This document shows, in pieces, positions 18,651 through 28,386 of a DNA stretch of 32,000 bases. Below the pieces are notes generated by a model that was not told where the DNA came from, did no database searches, and saw nothing but the letters and a program-made list of their open reading frames with translations. This DNA is from an uncultured archaeon (GTDB lineage Archaea > Iainarchaeota > Iainarchaeia > Iainarchaeales > Iainarchaeaceae), in the NCBI GenBank assembly GCA_964577555.1, contig CAZNZM010000001.1, positions 30,001 to 62,000 on the forward strand. Direction: 5' to 3'. A program made the translations under genes and the position numbers. The stretch's first letter is position 1, and each line of letters starts with the position of its first letter.

Positions 18651-19234
18651 CAGAAAAAAAAATGCGATGGGCTGTGAAAATAGATGAGCCAGAAACAAAA
18701 AAAGAAAAAGAATTCTCGGAATTTTTGGACAAATACACTAAAAATTATTTTTGGATTGAAAAAAGAGAGGCTTTTTTTATTCTAAAATTTTTTGCAATAT
18801 TTTTGATTTTGGAATTGGCTTTGCACATTATCGGTTTTGAACAGTTGCAAAACATGATTGCAAAAAGTCAAGCCAAAGTATTTAATCTCGTGTCTGAAGG
18901 AAATAATATTTTTCTTGATGCAGGAGTTTTTGAAATAAATCCTTCATGCACCGGGCTTGTAAGCGGAATAATATTGGCTGCAATAATTTTTTCTTTGAAG
19001 AAGCCTGATTTGCCAAAAAAAATTTTTATATTGATTTCTGGTTCTTTGGTTCTTTTCGTGATTAATTATTTCAGAGTATTGATTGTTATTTGGGCTGGAA
19101 TTGAATTTGGCATGCAGGCAGCTGAAGCTGTTCATGTAGTTTCCTGGTTTTCAACGACTTTTTTCGTTTTTGGGGCATGGTATTACTTCACAAAGCTTGT
19201 AAGCGGTGCAAAGAATTTTGACGATTTTATTTAA
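18644..19234 (+). CDS. Archaeosortase/exosortase-family transmembrane protease
   Basis: Cys motif INPSCTGLVSGIILAAII, Arg motif VINYFRVLIVIWAG and His motif AVHVVSWFSTTFFVFGAWYY in a multi-TM protein. The ATG overlaps the carS stop. Confidence 0.85.
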   Translation: MVTEKKMRWAVKIDEPETKKEKEFSEFLDKYTKNYFWIEKREAFFILKFFAIFLILELALHIIGFEQLQNMIAKSQAKVFNLVSEGNNIFLDAGVFEINPSCTGLVSGIILAAIIFSLKKPDLPKKIFILISGSLVLFVINYFRVLIVIWAGIEFGMQAAEAVHVVSWFSTTFFVFGAWYYFTKLVSGAKNFDDFI

Positions 19235-19261
19235 ACAACAAATAATCTGGATTAGTTGTTT

Positions 19262-20893
19262 TTATTTTCTTGTTTTTAATATGTGTTCAGCCACTACTGA
19301 AAATGCTGGCCTGCTTATTAGTACTCCTACAAGAATTCCAAGCATTTCAGTAATGGCAAAGCCTGCTAATTTGCCAAAGCCTTGAGAAGAAAAAATTATT
19401 AATGGAAACAGAGCTGCTCCTGTTGTCATTGCAGCAGCTACTACTATGAAAAACGCTTTTTTTATCCTGTTGGTATAAGTTATTTCCGAGGTTGCTGTGC
19501 CTCCTTTGAGAAGCTCATCAAGTATGACTATTTGGTCGTTAAGCCCTGTTCCTACAGCGGCTATTATGCCTGTAACACTTGAAAGATCAAATCTCACTTT
19601 AATAAGAATGGCTACTCCAACAGTGATTATGACTTCGCTTATGCCAATAAATATTATTGGCAAGGCAAGGTATGGTTTTTTGTACCTTAAGAAAATTAAC
19701 AGTGCAACAGAGATAATCGCAACTATTCCTATTAAAAAACTGGTTTTCAAAAATTCTTGTCCTAAAGTCGGCGATATTGTTTCTTTTGAAATGCTTTCTA
19801 TTCCTATTGGCAATGAACCTGTTTCAAGTAAAATATTGAGTTCTTTGAGTTCTTTTTCTGCTCCTTCCGAGGTTTCCGAAAAGCCTCTTATGTAAATTTG
19901 TGCATTAATGCGGGCGTCTTTTACATTTTCTATATAAGGTTCAAACCCTGTTATTTCCGGAGTTAGAGCAATTATTTGTCGTGCTCCTAGCGCTGTCCAA
20001 ACCCATGGCACTTTGTCTTTTTCATCAACAGGTTCTACAATTTTGTAGCCGAATTCGGCTAATTTTTTCTTGATTTCTGGTGATATTGAAGGGTGAACCA
20101 CTGCTTTTTTCTTTTTTGTTGCAAGTTCTTTTATTTCCTCAATTTGGGAACCTGCAAATGTGTTTGAGTCAGGAATTATGAAATAAGGCACTCCAGAGTT
20201 TTGCAACAAAAGATCAACGCTTTGTTCTTTGGGGATGTTTTCTGAAGGATTGCCTTCTGCCATCAATGCCGAATCTGATGAAAAAACGCTTTGGGTAATT
20301 ATTATTATGCCATCAAAAGGCCTGTCAATGAAAAAGTAAGTGTCTTCACAATCATAAGTAGAACCTGAATTTGGGTCGTATCCTGTTGGAGTACATTTGT
20401 GGAAGATTTTTTTTGAAAAGTTTTCAGCGGCTTGTTGGCTAAGCGTAAAAGGCAATCTCCATTCGTATCCTCCTTGAACTTTTAAAAGCCCGTACCCTGT
20501 TGCAGGATCTTTTGATATTTGTTTTATATCGGAACCTGCAAAAAGTACGTTGCCGTCAAGCATTGCTTCGAACTTGGCTTGGGTTTTTAAAATGGATTCT
20601 ATTTCTGCAACATTCTTTGGATCTGTTTCGGCTATTTGCACTCCGACCAAATCAGGCCCAAGCGAATTTACTCTTGAATCCTTGAGGCCGAATTTATCAA
20701 CTCTGTTGGAAATAAGAGAGGTAACGCGAGCCATGTCGTCAGGTGAAACTTTTTCTTCAAGTTTTATCGTGAAATATGTTCCGCCTGTGAATTCTATTCC
20801 ATAATCTGGACCTTGAAAATTTATAAGGAAAAACGAAAAGAAAAGAGCTAATATAAAAAGTACTATTCTCCAATTTGAAATAAGCTGTTTCAT
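19262..20893 (-). CDS. secD: Protein-export membrane protein SecD
   Basis: GIEFTGGTYFTIKL, PTLGQEFLKTSFLIG and AAVGTGLNDQIVILDEL; second in the secF-secD pair. Confidence 0.93.
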   Translation of the reverse strand: MKQLISNWRIVLFILALFFSFFLINFQGPDYGIEFTGGTYFTIKLEEKVSPDDMARVTSLISNRVDKFGLKDSRVNSLGPDLVGVQIAETDPKNVAEIESILKTQAKFEAMLDGNVLFAGSDIKQISKDPATGYGLLKVQGGYEWRLPFTLSQQAAENFSKKIFHKCTPTGYDPNSGSTYDCEDTYFFIDRPFDGIIIITQSVFSSDSALMAEGNPSENIPKEQSVDLLLQNSGVPYFIIPDSNTFAGSQIEEIKELATKKKKAVVHPSISPEIKKKLAEFGYKIVEPVDEKDKVPWVWTALGARQIIALTPEITGFEPYIENVKDARINAQIYIRGFSETSEGAEKELKELNILLETGSLPIGIESISKETISPTLGQEFLKTSFLIGIVAIISVALLIFLRYKKPYLALPIIFIGISEVIITVGVAILIKVRFDLSSVTGIIAAVGTGLNDQIVILDELLKGGTATSEITYTNRIKKAFFIVVAAAMTTGAALFPLIIFSSQGFGKLAGFAITEMLGILVGVLISRPAFSVVAEHILKTRK

Positions 20894-21969
20894 GCTTTTT
20901 GCTCCTCCTTTTCAGCATGGGAAAGTATTAGTGGTGCGTTGAACATTGTGCTGGAAATTACATCTGCAACAAGGCCGAAGAACAAGACAACAGAAATTTC
21001 GAAGATTACTCCTATTTGGGAAAAATATGCAAGCAAAGCCATTATACCTGTTGCTGTTAACGCTGTCGAACTCATTGTAAGAATTGTCAGCAAAGATTCG
21101 TTCATTCTTTGTTTTGGGCTTTCTTCTTTTCTTTTTAATACTCTTGAACTCATTACAATTTCTGTGTCAACGCTGTAACCTATGAGCATGAGCAATGCTG
21201 GAATTGTTGTAAGGGAAACAGGAATTGAAAGCACGGCCATGAATGCCAAAGCGCCTATTATGTTAAACATTGAAGCACCTATGACAGTCATGGATGTCAA
21301 GAGCTCCCTGAAATAAATGAAAACAACCAATGACAACAAAATTATTCCAAGCAACATTACAAGCAAGCCAGTGCTATAAAATGTTTGGCTGAGCGTGGGA
21401 CCTATTACTGTTTTTTGCATTTTTATGTCTTTGTCAAGCCCGTAAGTTTCGGAAATTAGTTTTTGCATTTTGATTTCAAATTGTTCTTCGGCTTTTATTA
21501 AAGCTTCTTCTGCGGCAGCTATTGTTTCTTGTGGCGATTGATTCGGGTTTAATTGGAAGGGAGCGAATTTTGAGAATTCTGCAATTGACTGTTCGGCCAA
21601 CAAAACCGCGTTGGTTGGATTTGAATCCAAAGAATTTTTTGCTTGTGTTAAAAGCGAATTGGCTTTTGCAAGGTCTTGGTTTTCAGAGAATTGAATGTAA
21701 AGCCCGTAACCTGTAGGAGAAGAAATGGAACCGACCTGCAAGTCTGTCAAATTGAATTCTGATTTGAGTTTTGGCAACAACAACTTTGCATCAAGCGGCT
21801 TTTCTGCTCTTATTACGATATTGGTTCCTCCTTTAAGGTCTATTCCTTGTTTTATGCCTGGAAAAACGATTATTGCAAATAAAAACAAAAAAAATAGGGT
21901 TGTTGGCAATAGCATATACCTTTTATAGTTCCCTGAATAGAAATTGTTCAAGTCAAATAATTTAGCCAT
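20890..21969 (-). CDS. secF: Protein-export membrane protein SecF
   Basis: GIDLKGGTNIVIRAE, GPTLSQTFYSTGLLVM and LLMLIGYSVDTEIVMSSRVLKRKEE; overlaps secD by 4 nt. Confidence 0.93.
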   Translation of the reverse strand: MAKLFDLNNFYSGNYKRYMLLPTTLFFLFLFAIIVFPGIKQGIDLKGGTNIVIRAEKPLDAKLLLPKLKSEFNLTDLQVGSISSPTGYGLYIQFSENQDLAKANSLLTQAKNSLDSNPTNAVLLAEQSIAEFSKFAPFQLNPNQSPQETIAAAEEALIKAEEQFEIKMQKLISETYGLDKDIKMQKTVIGPTLSQTFYSTGLLVMLLGIILLSLVVFIYFRELLTSMTVIGASMFNIIGALAFMAVLSIPVSLTTIPALLMLIGYSVDTEIVMSSRVLKRKEESPKQRMNESLLTILTMSSTALTATGIMALLAYFSQIGVIFEISVVLFFGLVADVISSTMFNAPLILSHAEKEEQKA

Positions 21970-21994
21970 AATATCCCTTAATGGTGTTATACAG

Positions 21995-23020
21995 ATGAAA
22001 AAGAGTGGAAAACATTTAAATAAAGGTAAGGAAAACTTTGAAACTTATTTTCCTACAACAACCGAATTGATTAGTTCGGCTTATGCGGCTGCAAGAAAAG
22101 AGTTTGCCTCAAAAAGAAGAGGCAAGGTTCTTGACAGGAAAAAATCTCTTTATGCACTCAAATCAAAAGTTTTTGCTGAGACGTTAGCTAAAAAAATAAA
22201 TGCAATGTCAAAACAATTCCCTGAAATCGACAAATTGAACCCTTTTTATATTGATTTGCTTGGCTTGGTTGTGGATGTCCAAGGATTGAAACAGAAGCTT
22301 TCAATGCTCAAAACATCATCAGATATTATAAGAAAAATAAGGTTGGAAGGTGTTTCACGTCAATATGCTGCAAAAAGCGAATATGAGCTTAGGAAAGCAC
22401 AAATTGAAATGGAGGGCAGAATTTGTTCAGTCGTGAAAAGACTTGAAAAGACAATAATTGATTTGAAAATTTATTCAAAAAAAATAATTGAAATGCCTTT
22501 AATTGACTTTGATGCCAAAACAATTGTTTTGGCTGGCAGTCCTAACGTTGGAAAAAGCACTTTATTGAAAAGGCTTACAGGTGCAAAACCTGAAATCGCG
22601 CCTTATCAATTCACGACCAAAGCTATAAACCTTGGTTATTACGAGCACGATTACGAAAAAATACAAGTATTAGACACGCCTGGCTTGCTTGAAAGGGAAA
22701 ACCACAATAACATTGAGAAAAAAGCAATTGTTGCACTGAATCATCTTGCACAAATAATTGTTTTTGTGGCTGATCCTACCGAAACCTGCGGAACAAAAAT
22801 AATAGGACAGTTGAAACTTTTTGAAAAAATTTCCTCGGAATTCTGCGGAAGAAAATTTATTGTAGTGCTGAATAAATGTGACATTGCAACTGAAAAGCAA
22901 ATTTGGGTTGCAAAAAAAGGCTTTGGCATAGTGGAAATAATTGAAGACGGGGAAGGCTTTAATGGAATTGAAAAGCTCAAAAAAGCGATTGGAAATGCTT
23001 TCAACGAGACAACAAGCTAG
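21995..23020 (+). CDS. NOG1-like GTPase (OBG/Nog1 family)
   Basis: GSPNVGKSTLLKRLTGAKPEIAPYQFTTKAINLG, LDTPGLLERE and NKCD, with a NOG1-type N-terminal helical region. Confidence 0.9.
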   Translation: MKKSGKHLNKGKENFETYFPTTTELISSAYAAARKEFASKRRGKVLDRKKSLYALKSKVFAETLAKKINAMSKQFPEIDKLNPFYIDLLGLVVDVQGLKQKLSMLKTSSDIIRKIRLEGVSRQYAAKSEYELRKAQIEMEGRICSVVKRLEKTIIDLKIYSKKIIEMPLIDFDAKTIVLAGSPNVGKSTLLKRLTGAKPEIAPYQFTTKAINLGYYEHDYEKIQVLDTPGLLERENHNNIEKKAIVALNHLAQIIVFVADPTETCGTKIIGQLKLFEKISSEFCGRKFIVVLNKCDIATEKQIWVAKKGFGIVEIIEDGEGFNGIEKLKKAIGNAFNETTS

Positions 23021-23062
23021 AAAAAGTGAGGTACAAAATCCAAACAAAAAAAACGTAAAAAA

Positions 23063-23090
23063 AACGGGTTTTTTTGAACGGGATTTTTTG
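23063..23090 (+). terminator. Candidate oligo-T terminator 3' of the NOG1-like gene
   Basis: Tandem AACGGGTTTTTTTG / AACGGGATTTTTTG (14 bp x2) downstream of the stop, with two T-runs on the + strand. Confidence 0.4.
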
Positions 23091-23123
23091 TTAAAACGTT
23101 TAAAGACTGGATTAGTTCTATTT

Positions 23124-23132
23124 ATATAATTT
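23124..23132 (+). promoter_or_regulatory. Putative TATA box upstream of the UPF0147 gene
   Basis: TTTATATAA followed, after a leader, by GGAGGGG (23198-23204) and ATG 23210. Confidence 0.5.
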
Positions 23133-23209
23133 GTGAGCCAATATTCATTTTAAGCAACTTGAAATAGTTGCGGTTTTATGGCGGAATAACTGATTATGGA
23201 GGGGTATTT

Positions 23210-23494
23210 ATGGCTTCAAAAATCGAAAACAAGTTGAAAGAGCAAATTGAAACTACGCAAGCTAAAATGGAAGAGATAATGGAAGATACCGCCGTGCCAA
23301 GGAATATTAGAAAGGCTATTGAGGAAGCCATGCAAAAGATTTCATGTGATGGTAATCTTGATGTCAATATTAGTACTGCAATATATTTGATGCAGGATAT
23401 TAGCAATGATATTAACATGCCCGCGCACACCAGAACCGAGATTTGGCAAATAATTTCGGAGCTTGAAGCAATCAGGGAAAAGTGCAAGGGATAG
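23210..23494 (+). CDS. UPF0147 family protein
   Basis: IMEDTAVPRNIRKAIEEAMQKI...NVNISTAIYLMQDISNDINMPAHTRTEIWQIISELEAI; strong SD GGAGGGG. Confidence 0.9.
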   Translation: MASKIENKLKEQIETTQAKMEEIMEDTAVPRNIRKAIEEAMQKISCDGNLDVNISTAIYLMQDISNDINMPAHTRTEIWQIISELEAIREKCKG

Positions 23495-23495
23495 C

Positions 23496-25007
23496 GTGGA
23501 AACAGCAATACAAACAGACAGGAAAACTCTTATTCGGGAAAAATGTTCAGCCCTCGGCAAAATAATTGAAATGGAGGCTGTTGAATTACTTTCAAAGGAA
23601 GAACATTGGGAAAAAATTCTTGAAAAGGACGATTCAAAGTTTATTACTGCAGAAAAAATCAAAGAACTTTTGATAAAGCACGAATCGAAAGTAAGCATGG
23701 CGGCTCAAGAAGTCATGGTTATTAAAAGCGGGATCAAAAGGCTTGCCCAAGAACATTCTGCAAATTTCAAAATACTTGATGACTGGGAAGCAACGCATCA
23801 AAGTTCAAGCGAGGGAAAAGTGAAAGATTTTCTCGCTTATTTCAGGGACAAATATGATTTTTTGAGTTCTTTGTTGAAAAACAGAACGGGTTTTTCTCCA
23901 AAATCGATTAACAAAATCAAGGAATTGCAAAGAAACGAGGAAGTTGACATAGTTGGCATGGTTGTAAAAAAGTGGATTAGCAAAAATGGAAATCTTACAA
24001 TAGAACTTGACAGCCCGGAAGGCAGGTGCATCGCAATTGTTTCAAAAGACGATGTTTTGCAAAACAACGAAGCAAAAAAAATACTTTTAGACGATGTGAT
24101 TGGAATTAAAGGAAAAAAATTTTCCGACGAAGTTTTAATTGTCAAGTCTTTTGTTTGGCCAGACATTAAACATAAGCCAATTAAAATGGCTGATATTGAT
24201 TTGTCTATATGCGTTATTAGCGATATTCATGTAGGCAGCAAACTTTTTATGCAAAAAGAGTTTTCAAAGTTTGTGGGTTGGATAAGCGGGGACATTATTT
24301 CTGAAAAAGAAGCCATGAGGGCTGGAAAAATAAAGTATTTGATGATTGCAGGAGACAATGTTGATGGAGTAGGAATTTATCCTGACCAATACGACGAACT
24401 TGAGATAAAGGATATTTATGAACAATACAAAAGATTTGCTGAAATAATACAAAGCATACCTGAACACATAGAAATTTTTATATGTCCTGGACAGCACGAT
24501 GCTACCAGAAGGGCGGATCCGCAACCGCCAATATACAAGGAGTATGTTCAAGACCTTTTAAAGCTTGGCAATGTTCATTTAATCGGAAGCCCGAGCTGGG
24601 TGGAAATCGAAGGTTTGAAATGTGTTGTTTATCATGGAGGTTCATTTCATGATATGTATGCTTCAATGGGAAATTTGAATAATACTGAACCTGAAAAAGC
24701 CATGATTGAAATTTTGAGGAGAAGGGATTTTTCAACAGGTTTTGGGTTGAACCAGCCGTACGTGCCTATGCAAAAAGATTTGATGGTAATAAGAGATGAA
24801 CCGGATTTTTACTTTGGCGGAGACATGCATCATAAAGGATATATAAATTACAGGGGCTGTACCTGTATAAATGCGGGTTGTTGGCAAAGCAGGACAGAGT
24901 TTCAAATAAAAGAAGGCCACATTCCAACCCCAGGAATTGCAATTGACATAAATTTGAAAACTAGAAGAATTACTGAAAACAATTTTTTGGGTGGTCCAAA
25001 TGTCTGA
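23496..25007 (+). CDS. polB: DNA polymerase D (Pol II) small subunit DP1
   Basis: OB-fold IVGMVVKKWISKNGNLTIELDSPEGR..., phosphoesterase motifs SDIHVGSKLF, AGDNVDG, CPGQHDATRRADPQPP, GGDMHHKGYINYRGCTCINAGCWQSRT. GTG start directly after the UPF0147 stop. Confidence 0.95.
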   Translation: METAIQTDRKTLIREKCSALGKIIEMEAVELLSKEEHWEKILEKDDSKFITAEKIKELLIKHESKVSMAAQEVMVIKSGIKRLAQEHSANFKILDDWEATHQSSSEGKVKDFLAYFRDKYDFLSSLLKNRTGFSPKSINKIKELQRNEEVDIVGMVVKKWISKNGNLTIELDSPEGRCIAIVSKDDVLQNNEAKKILLDDVIGIKGKKFSDEVLIVKSFVWPDIKHKPIKMADIDLSICVISDIHVGSKLFMQKEFSKFVGWISGDIISEKEAMRAGKIKYLMIAGDNVDGVGIYPDQYDELEIKDIYEQYKRFAEIIQSIPEHIEIFICPGQHDATRRADPQPPIYKEYVQDLLKLGNVHLIGSPSWVEIEGLKCVVYHGGSFHDMYASMGNLNNTEPEKAMIEILRRRDFSTGFGLNQPYVPMQKDLMVIRDEPDFYFGGDMHHKGYINYRGCTCINAGCWQSRTEFQIKEGHIPTPGIAIDINLKTRRITENNFLGGPNV

Positions 25008-28000
25008 AGCTTTGGAAAAGCAGGTAAACAATTATTTTTCCCGCATTTCCAAGAGGGCAATGGAGCAATTTTCAATTGCCAAATCAGCCAGAGAAAGGGG
25101 CAAGGATGTTTCACTTGAAGTTGAATGTCCTCCAACAGTTGACCTTGCAGACAGGACTGAAAATATTATTGGGCCCCCTGGAATTGCAAAAAGATACAGG
25201 GAACTTTTTTCAGAGCATAACAAAGACAGAAACGCCACTATTTTTCAGCTCTTCAAGGAAATCATAGAAGGAAAACTTGGTGAAATACCTGACCCTGAAA
25301 AGAGGCTTGAACAAGCGGTTAGAACATCTCTGGTGCTTGTTACCGAAGGAGTTGTTGTTGCACCGCTTGATGGCGTGCCAAAAGTAAAAATAAGCACCAA
25401 CCCTGATGGCTCAAAGTATGTTGATATTTACTTTGCAGGCCCTATAAGAGCGGCAGGCGGCACTGCCACGGTTTTCCCGTTGATACTTGGGGATTATGCG
25501 AGGCAACTCATGCAACTTGACAGATACAAGCCAATAGATGACGAAGTTGAAAGGTATGTTGAAGAAATCAATATTTACGACGAAATAATCACGCGGCAAT
25601 ACAAGTTGAAAGATGATGAAATAAGAAAAATAATAAGAGGTTGTCCTGTCTGCGTGAATGGCGAACCAACCGAAGACAGAGAAGTTGTTGCACATCGCGA
25701 TTTGCAAAGAATACCTTCAAATAGAATCAGAGGCGGAATGTGCCTTGTTATTTCAGAAGGAATTGGATTAAAAGCAATGAAAATAATGAAGCTTGCAAAA
25801 ATGCTTGGATTGAATTGGAATTGGCTTGAATCAATCGCAAAAATAAGCAAAAGCGGTGGAAGTGAAAGCGAAATAAAACCAAATTATTCTTATCTTTCAA
25901 GAATCGCGGCAGGCCGGCCAATATTTTCATACCCTTCAAGGCTTGGCGGTTTTAGGTTGAGGTATGGCAGAGCCAGAAATACTTGTGTAATGGCAAAAGG
26001 AATACACCCTGCAACAATGGTGTTGCTTGATGGTTTTATTGCTGTTGGAACCCAAATAAAAATAGAAAGACCTGGAAAAAGTGCGGAAATGTTTCCTGTT
26101 GATTCAATTGACGGCCCAATAGTCAAGTTATTCTCCGGCGAAGTGAAAAAAATAAATAATGCAAATGAAGCAGAGCAAATAAAGGAAAAAGTAAAAGAAA
26201 TACTTTTTCTAGGAGACATGCTTGTGAATGTAGGCGATTTCAGAAAAACTGCACACCCGCTAATGCCGGCTGGCTACTGCCACGAATGGTGGGGCCTTGA
26301 AGTGGAAAAAGCGGTTTTTGAAAAAAAAAGCGATGAAAAATGGCTTGAAACAGCAAAAAACTCCAACAATGTAAGCGAAGAAATTGCATTAAAAGCATGT
26401 GAAGAACTTGGGGTTCCATTGCACCCTGAATACATTCATTATTATTCTGCCCTTTCAATTGAAGAAGCTTGCGAAATAGTAATAGCGGTAAGAAGCGGGA
26501 GCAAAATTGAAAGCAACGGAAAAATAAACGCACTTGAAATTCAAAACTTGCCTAAAATCAAGGAAGCACTTGAAAAAGCAGGAATACCTCATAAAGTCGC
26601 AGGAGAAAAAATAATTATAAGCAATAGCGCGCATTCCTTTTTCAAGACTTTTGGAGGCGAAAATTCAAAAGAGCCTGACAAATCATTGAACGTACTTGAA
26701 TTGCTTTCAAACCTTTCAGGAATGAAAATCCGGGACAAAGCTGGAACATTTATAGGCTGCAGAATGGGAAGGCCTGAAGCATCAAGGCCGAGAAAAATGG
26801 TTGGAGACCCAATGGTGCTTTTTCCAATAGGTATTGCAGGAGGAAACACAAGGTCAATAAACAAAGCTGCTGAAACCCAAGGAATAATAGAAGCCGAAAT
26901 AGCTTATTTTATTGATCCTGAAACAGGCAAGATTGAAGAGCAACCATTTTCGCTTACAACCGGAAAAAGGCTTGAGTTAATGAGAAAATGCAAAAAATGC
27001 AACAAATTTTCAAAAATGGAAAAGTGCCCCAATTGCAAATCGGAAACAGAAGCTTTTAATGCAAGAAAATTCAACATTGCCGAACTCGTCAGGCAAGCCT
27101 CATCAAAGTTGAATGTGCCAACACCTCAATTAATAAAAGGTGTTAAAGGGCTTATAAACGCGGAAAAAATTCCAGAGCCTATAGAAAAGGGAATTTTGAG
27201 GGCAAGGCAAAACTTGCACATATTTAGAGATGGAACAATCAGATTTGAAATGCTCAACGCACCACTCACGCATTTTAAGCCTTCAGAAATAGGTCTTTCT
27301 GTTGAAAAAGCCAAAGAATTGGGTTACTTGTTTGATAAAAACGGCAAGGAACTCGTATCTGAAAACCAAATATGCGAATTGTTTCCACAAGACATAATAG
27401 TAAATGAAACTGCCGGAGACTTTTTTGTAAGAGTGTCAAAATTTCTGGACGAAGAACTTGAAAAATTTTATGGATTGCCAAAATACTTTAATTATGATTC
27501 AAAAAACCAGTTGATTGGAGAATTATTTCTTGGTCTTGCACCGCATACATCCGCCGGAGTGCTTTGCAGATTGATAGGTTACTCCAAGGCAAAACTGAAT
27601 TTTGCCCACCCGTATTTTCATCTTGCAAAAAGAAGAAATGCCGACGGAGACCAGGATTCTGTCATGATGTTGATGGATGCCTTATTGAATTTCTCAAAAA
27701 ACTATTTGCCTTCCACAAGAGGAGGCAGAATGGACGCCCCACTTGTCTTCACAGTCAACATAAATCCTTTGGAAATAGATGACGAAGCATACGAAGTTGA
27801 AGTATGCTCCAAATACCCTTTAGAATTATATGAAAAAAGCCTTATTCATGCTGATCCAAAAATAGATTCCATACCTATTGTTGGCGACAGAATAGGAAAA
27901 CCTGAACAATTTTATGGATTGGAGTATACGCACGAAACCTCAATATTTGATGCCGGACCAAAAGCATCAACATATGTAACATTCAAATCAATGGAAGAAA

Positions 28001-28386
28001 AAATGAAAGCCCAAGCCGCGATACAAGAAAAAATCAGGGCTATTGACAAAAAAGACTCTTTAGAAAGAGTTCTTGTAAGCCACTTTCTGCCTGATATAAT
28101 AGGAAATACAAGGGCTTTCGCAAGACAGGAATTCAGGTGCTCAAAATGCAATACAAAGTATAGAAGAATTCCTCTTGTCGGGAAATGCACAAAATGCGGA
28201 GAAGAAAAACTTATTTTGACAATAGCACAGGGCTCGGTAAGAAAATACATGATAATAGCAAAAGAACTAATAGCAAAACACAATTTAAGCAATTACTTAA
28301 AGCAAAGAATAGAATTGATAGAAAAAGAAATAGATTCAGTTTTTGCAACGGAAACAAAGCAAAAAAGCCTTTTGCAATTCGTATAA
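25000..28386 (+). CDS. polC: DNA polymerase D (Pol II) large subunit DP2, no intein seen
   Basis: PPGIAKRYRELFSEH, YFAGPIRAAGGTATVFPLILGDYARQ, FRLRYGRARNTCVMAKGIHPATM, NADGDQDSVMMLMDALLNFSKNYLPSTRGGRMDAPLV. Overlaps the end of DP1. Confidence 0.96.
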   Translation: MSEALEKQVNNYFSRISKRAMEQFSIAKSARERGKDVSLEVECPPTVDLADRTENIIGPPGIAKRYRELFSEHNKDRNATIFQLFKEIIEGKLGEIPDPEKRLEQAVRTSLVLVTEGVVVAPLDGVPKVKISTNPDGSKYVDIYFAGPIRAAGGTATVFPLILGDYARQLMQLDRYKPIDDEVERYVEEINIYDEIITRQYKLKDDEIRKIIRGCPVCVNGEPTEDREVVAHRDLQRIPSNRIRGGMCLVISEGIGLKAMKIMKLAKMLGLNWNWLESIAKISKSGGSESEIKPNYSYLSRIAAGRPIFSYPSRLGGFRLRYGRARNTCVMAKGIHPATMVLLDGFIAVGTQIKIERPGKSAEMFPVDSIDGPIVKLFSGEVKKINNANEAEQIKEKVKEILFLGDMLVNVGDFRKTAHPLMPAGYCHEWWGLEVEKAVFEKKSDEKWLETAKNSNNVSEEIALKACEELGVPLHPEYIHYYSALSIEEACEIVIAVRSGSKIESNGKINALEIQNLPKIKEALEKAGIPHKVAGEKIIISNSAHSFFKTFGGENSKEPDKSLNVLELLSNLSGMKIRDKAGTFIGCRMGRPEASRPRKMVGDPMVLFPIGIAGGNTRSINKAAETQGIIEAEIAYFIDPETGKIEEQPFSLTTGKRLELMRKCKKCNKFSKMEKCPNCKSETEAFNARKFNIAELVRQASSKLNVPTPQLIKGVKGLINAEKIPEPIEKGILRARQNLHIFRDGTIRFEMLNAPLTHFKPSEIGLSVEKAKELGYLFDKNGKELVSENQICELFPQDIIVNETAGDFFVRVSKFLDEELEKFYGLPKYFNYDSKNQLIGELFLGLAPHTSAGVLCRLIGYSKAKLNFAHPYFHLAKRRNADGDQDSVMMLMDALLNFSKNYLPSTRGGRMDAPLVFTVNINPLEIDDEAYEVEVCSKYPLELYEKSLIHADPKIDSIPIVGDRIGKPEQFYGLEYTHETSIFDAGPKASTYVTFKSMEEKMKAQAAIQEKIRAIDKKDSLERVLVSHFLPDIIGNTRAFARQEFRCSKCNTKYRRIPLVGKCTKCGEEKLILTIAQGSVRKYMIIAKELIAKHNLSNYLKQRIELIEKEIDSVFATETKQKSLLQFV

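Noticed and set aside
25000-28386. Possible intein in the DP2 large subunit
   Set aside because: The 1131-aa length and continuous conserved motifs fit an intein-free DP2; no Hint or homing-endonuclease block was seen.
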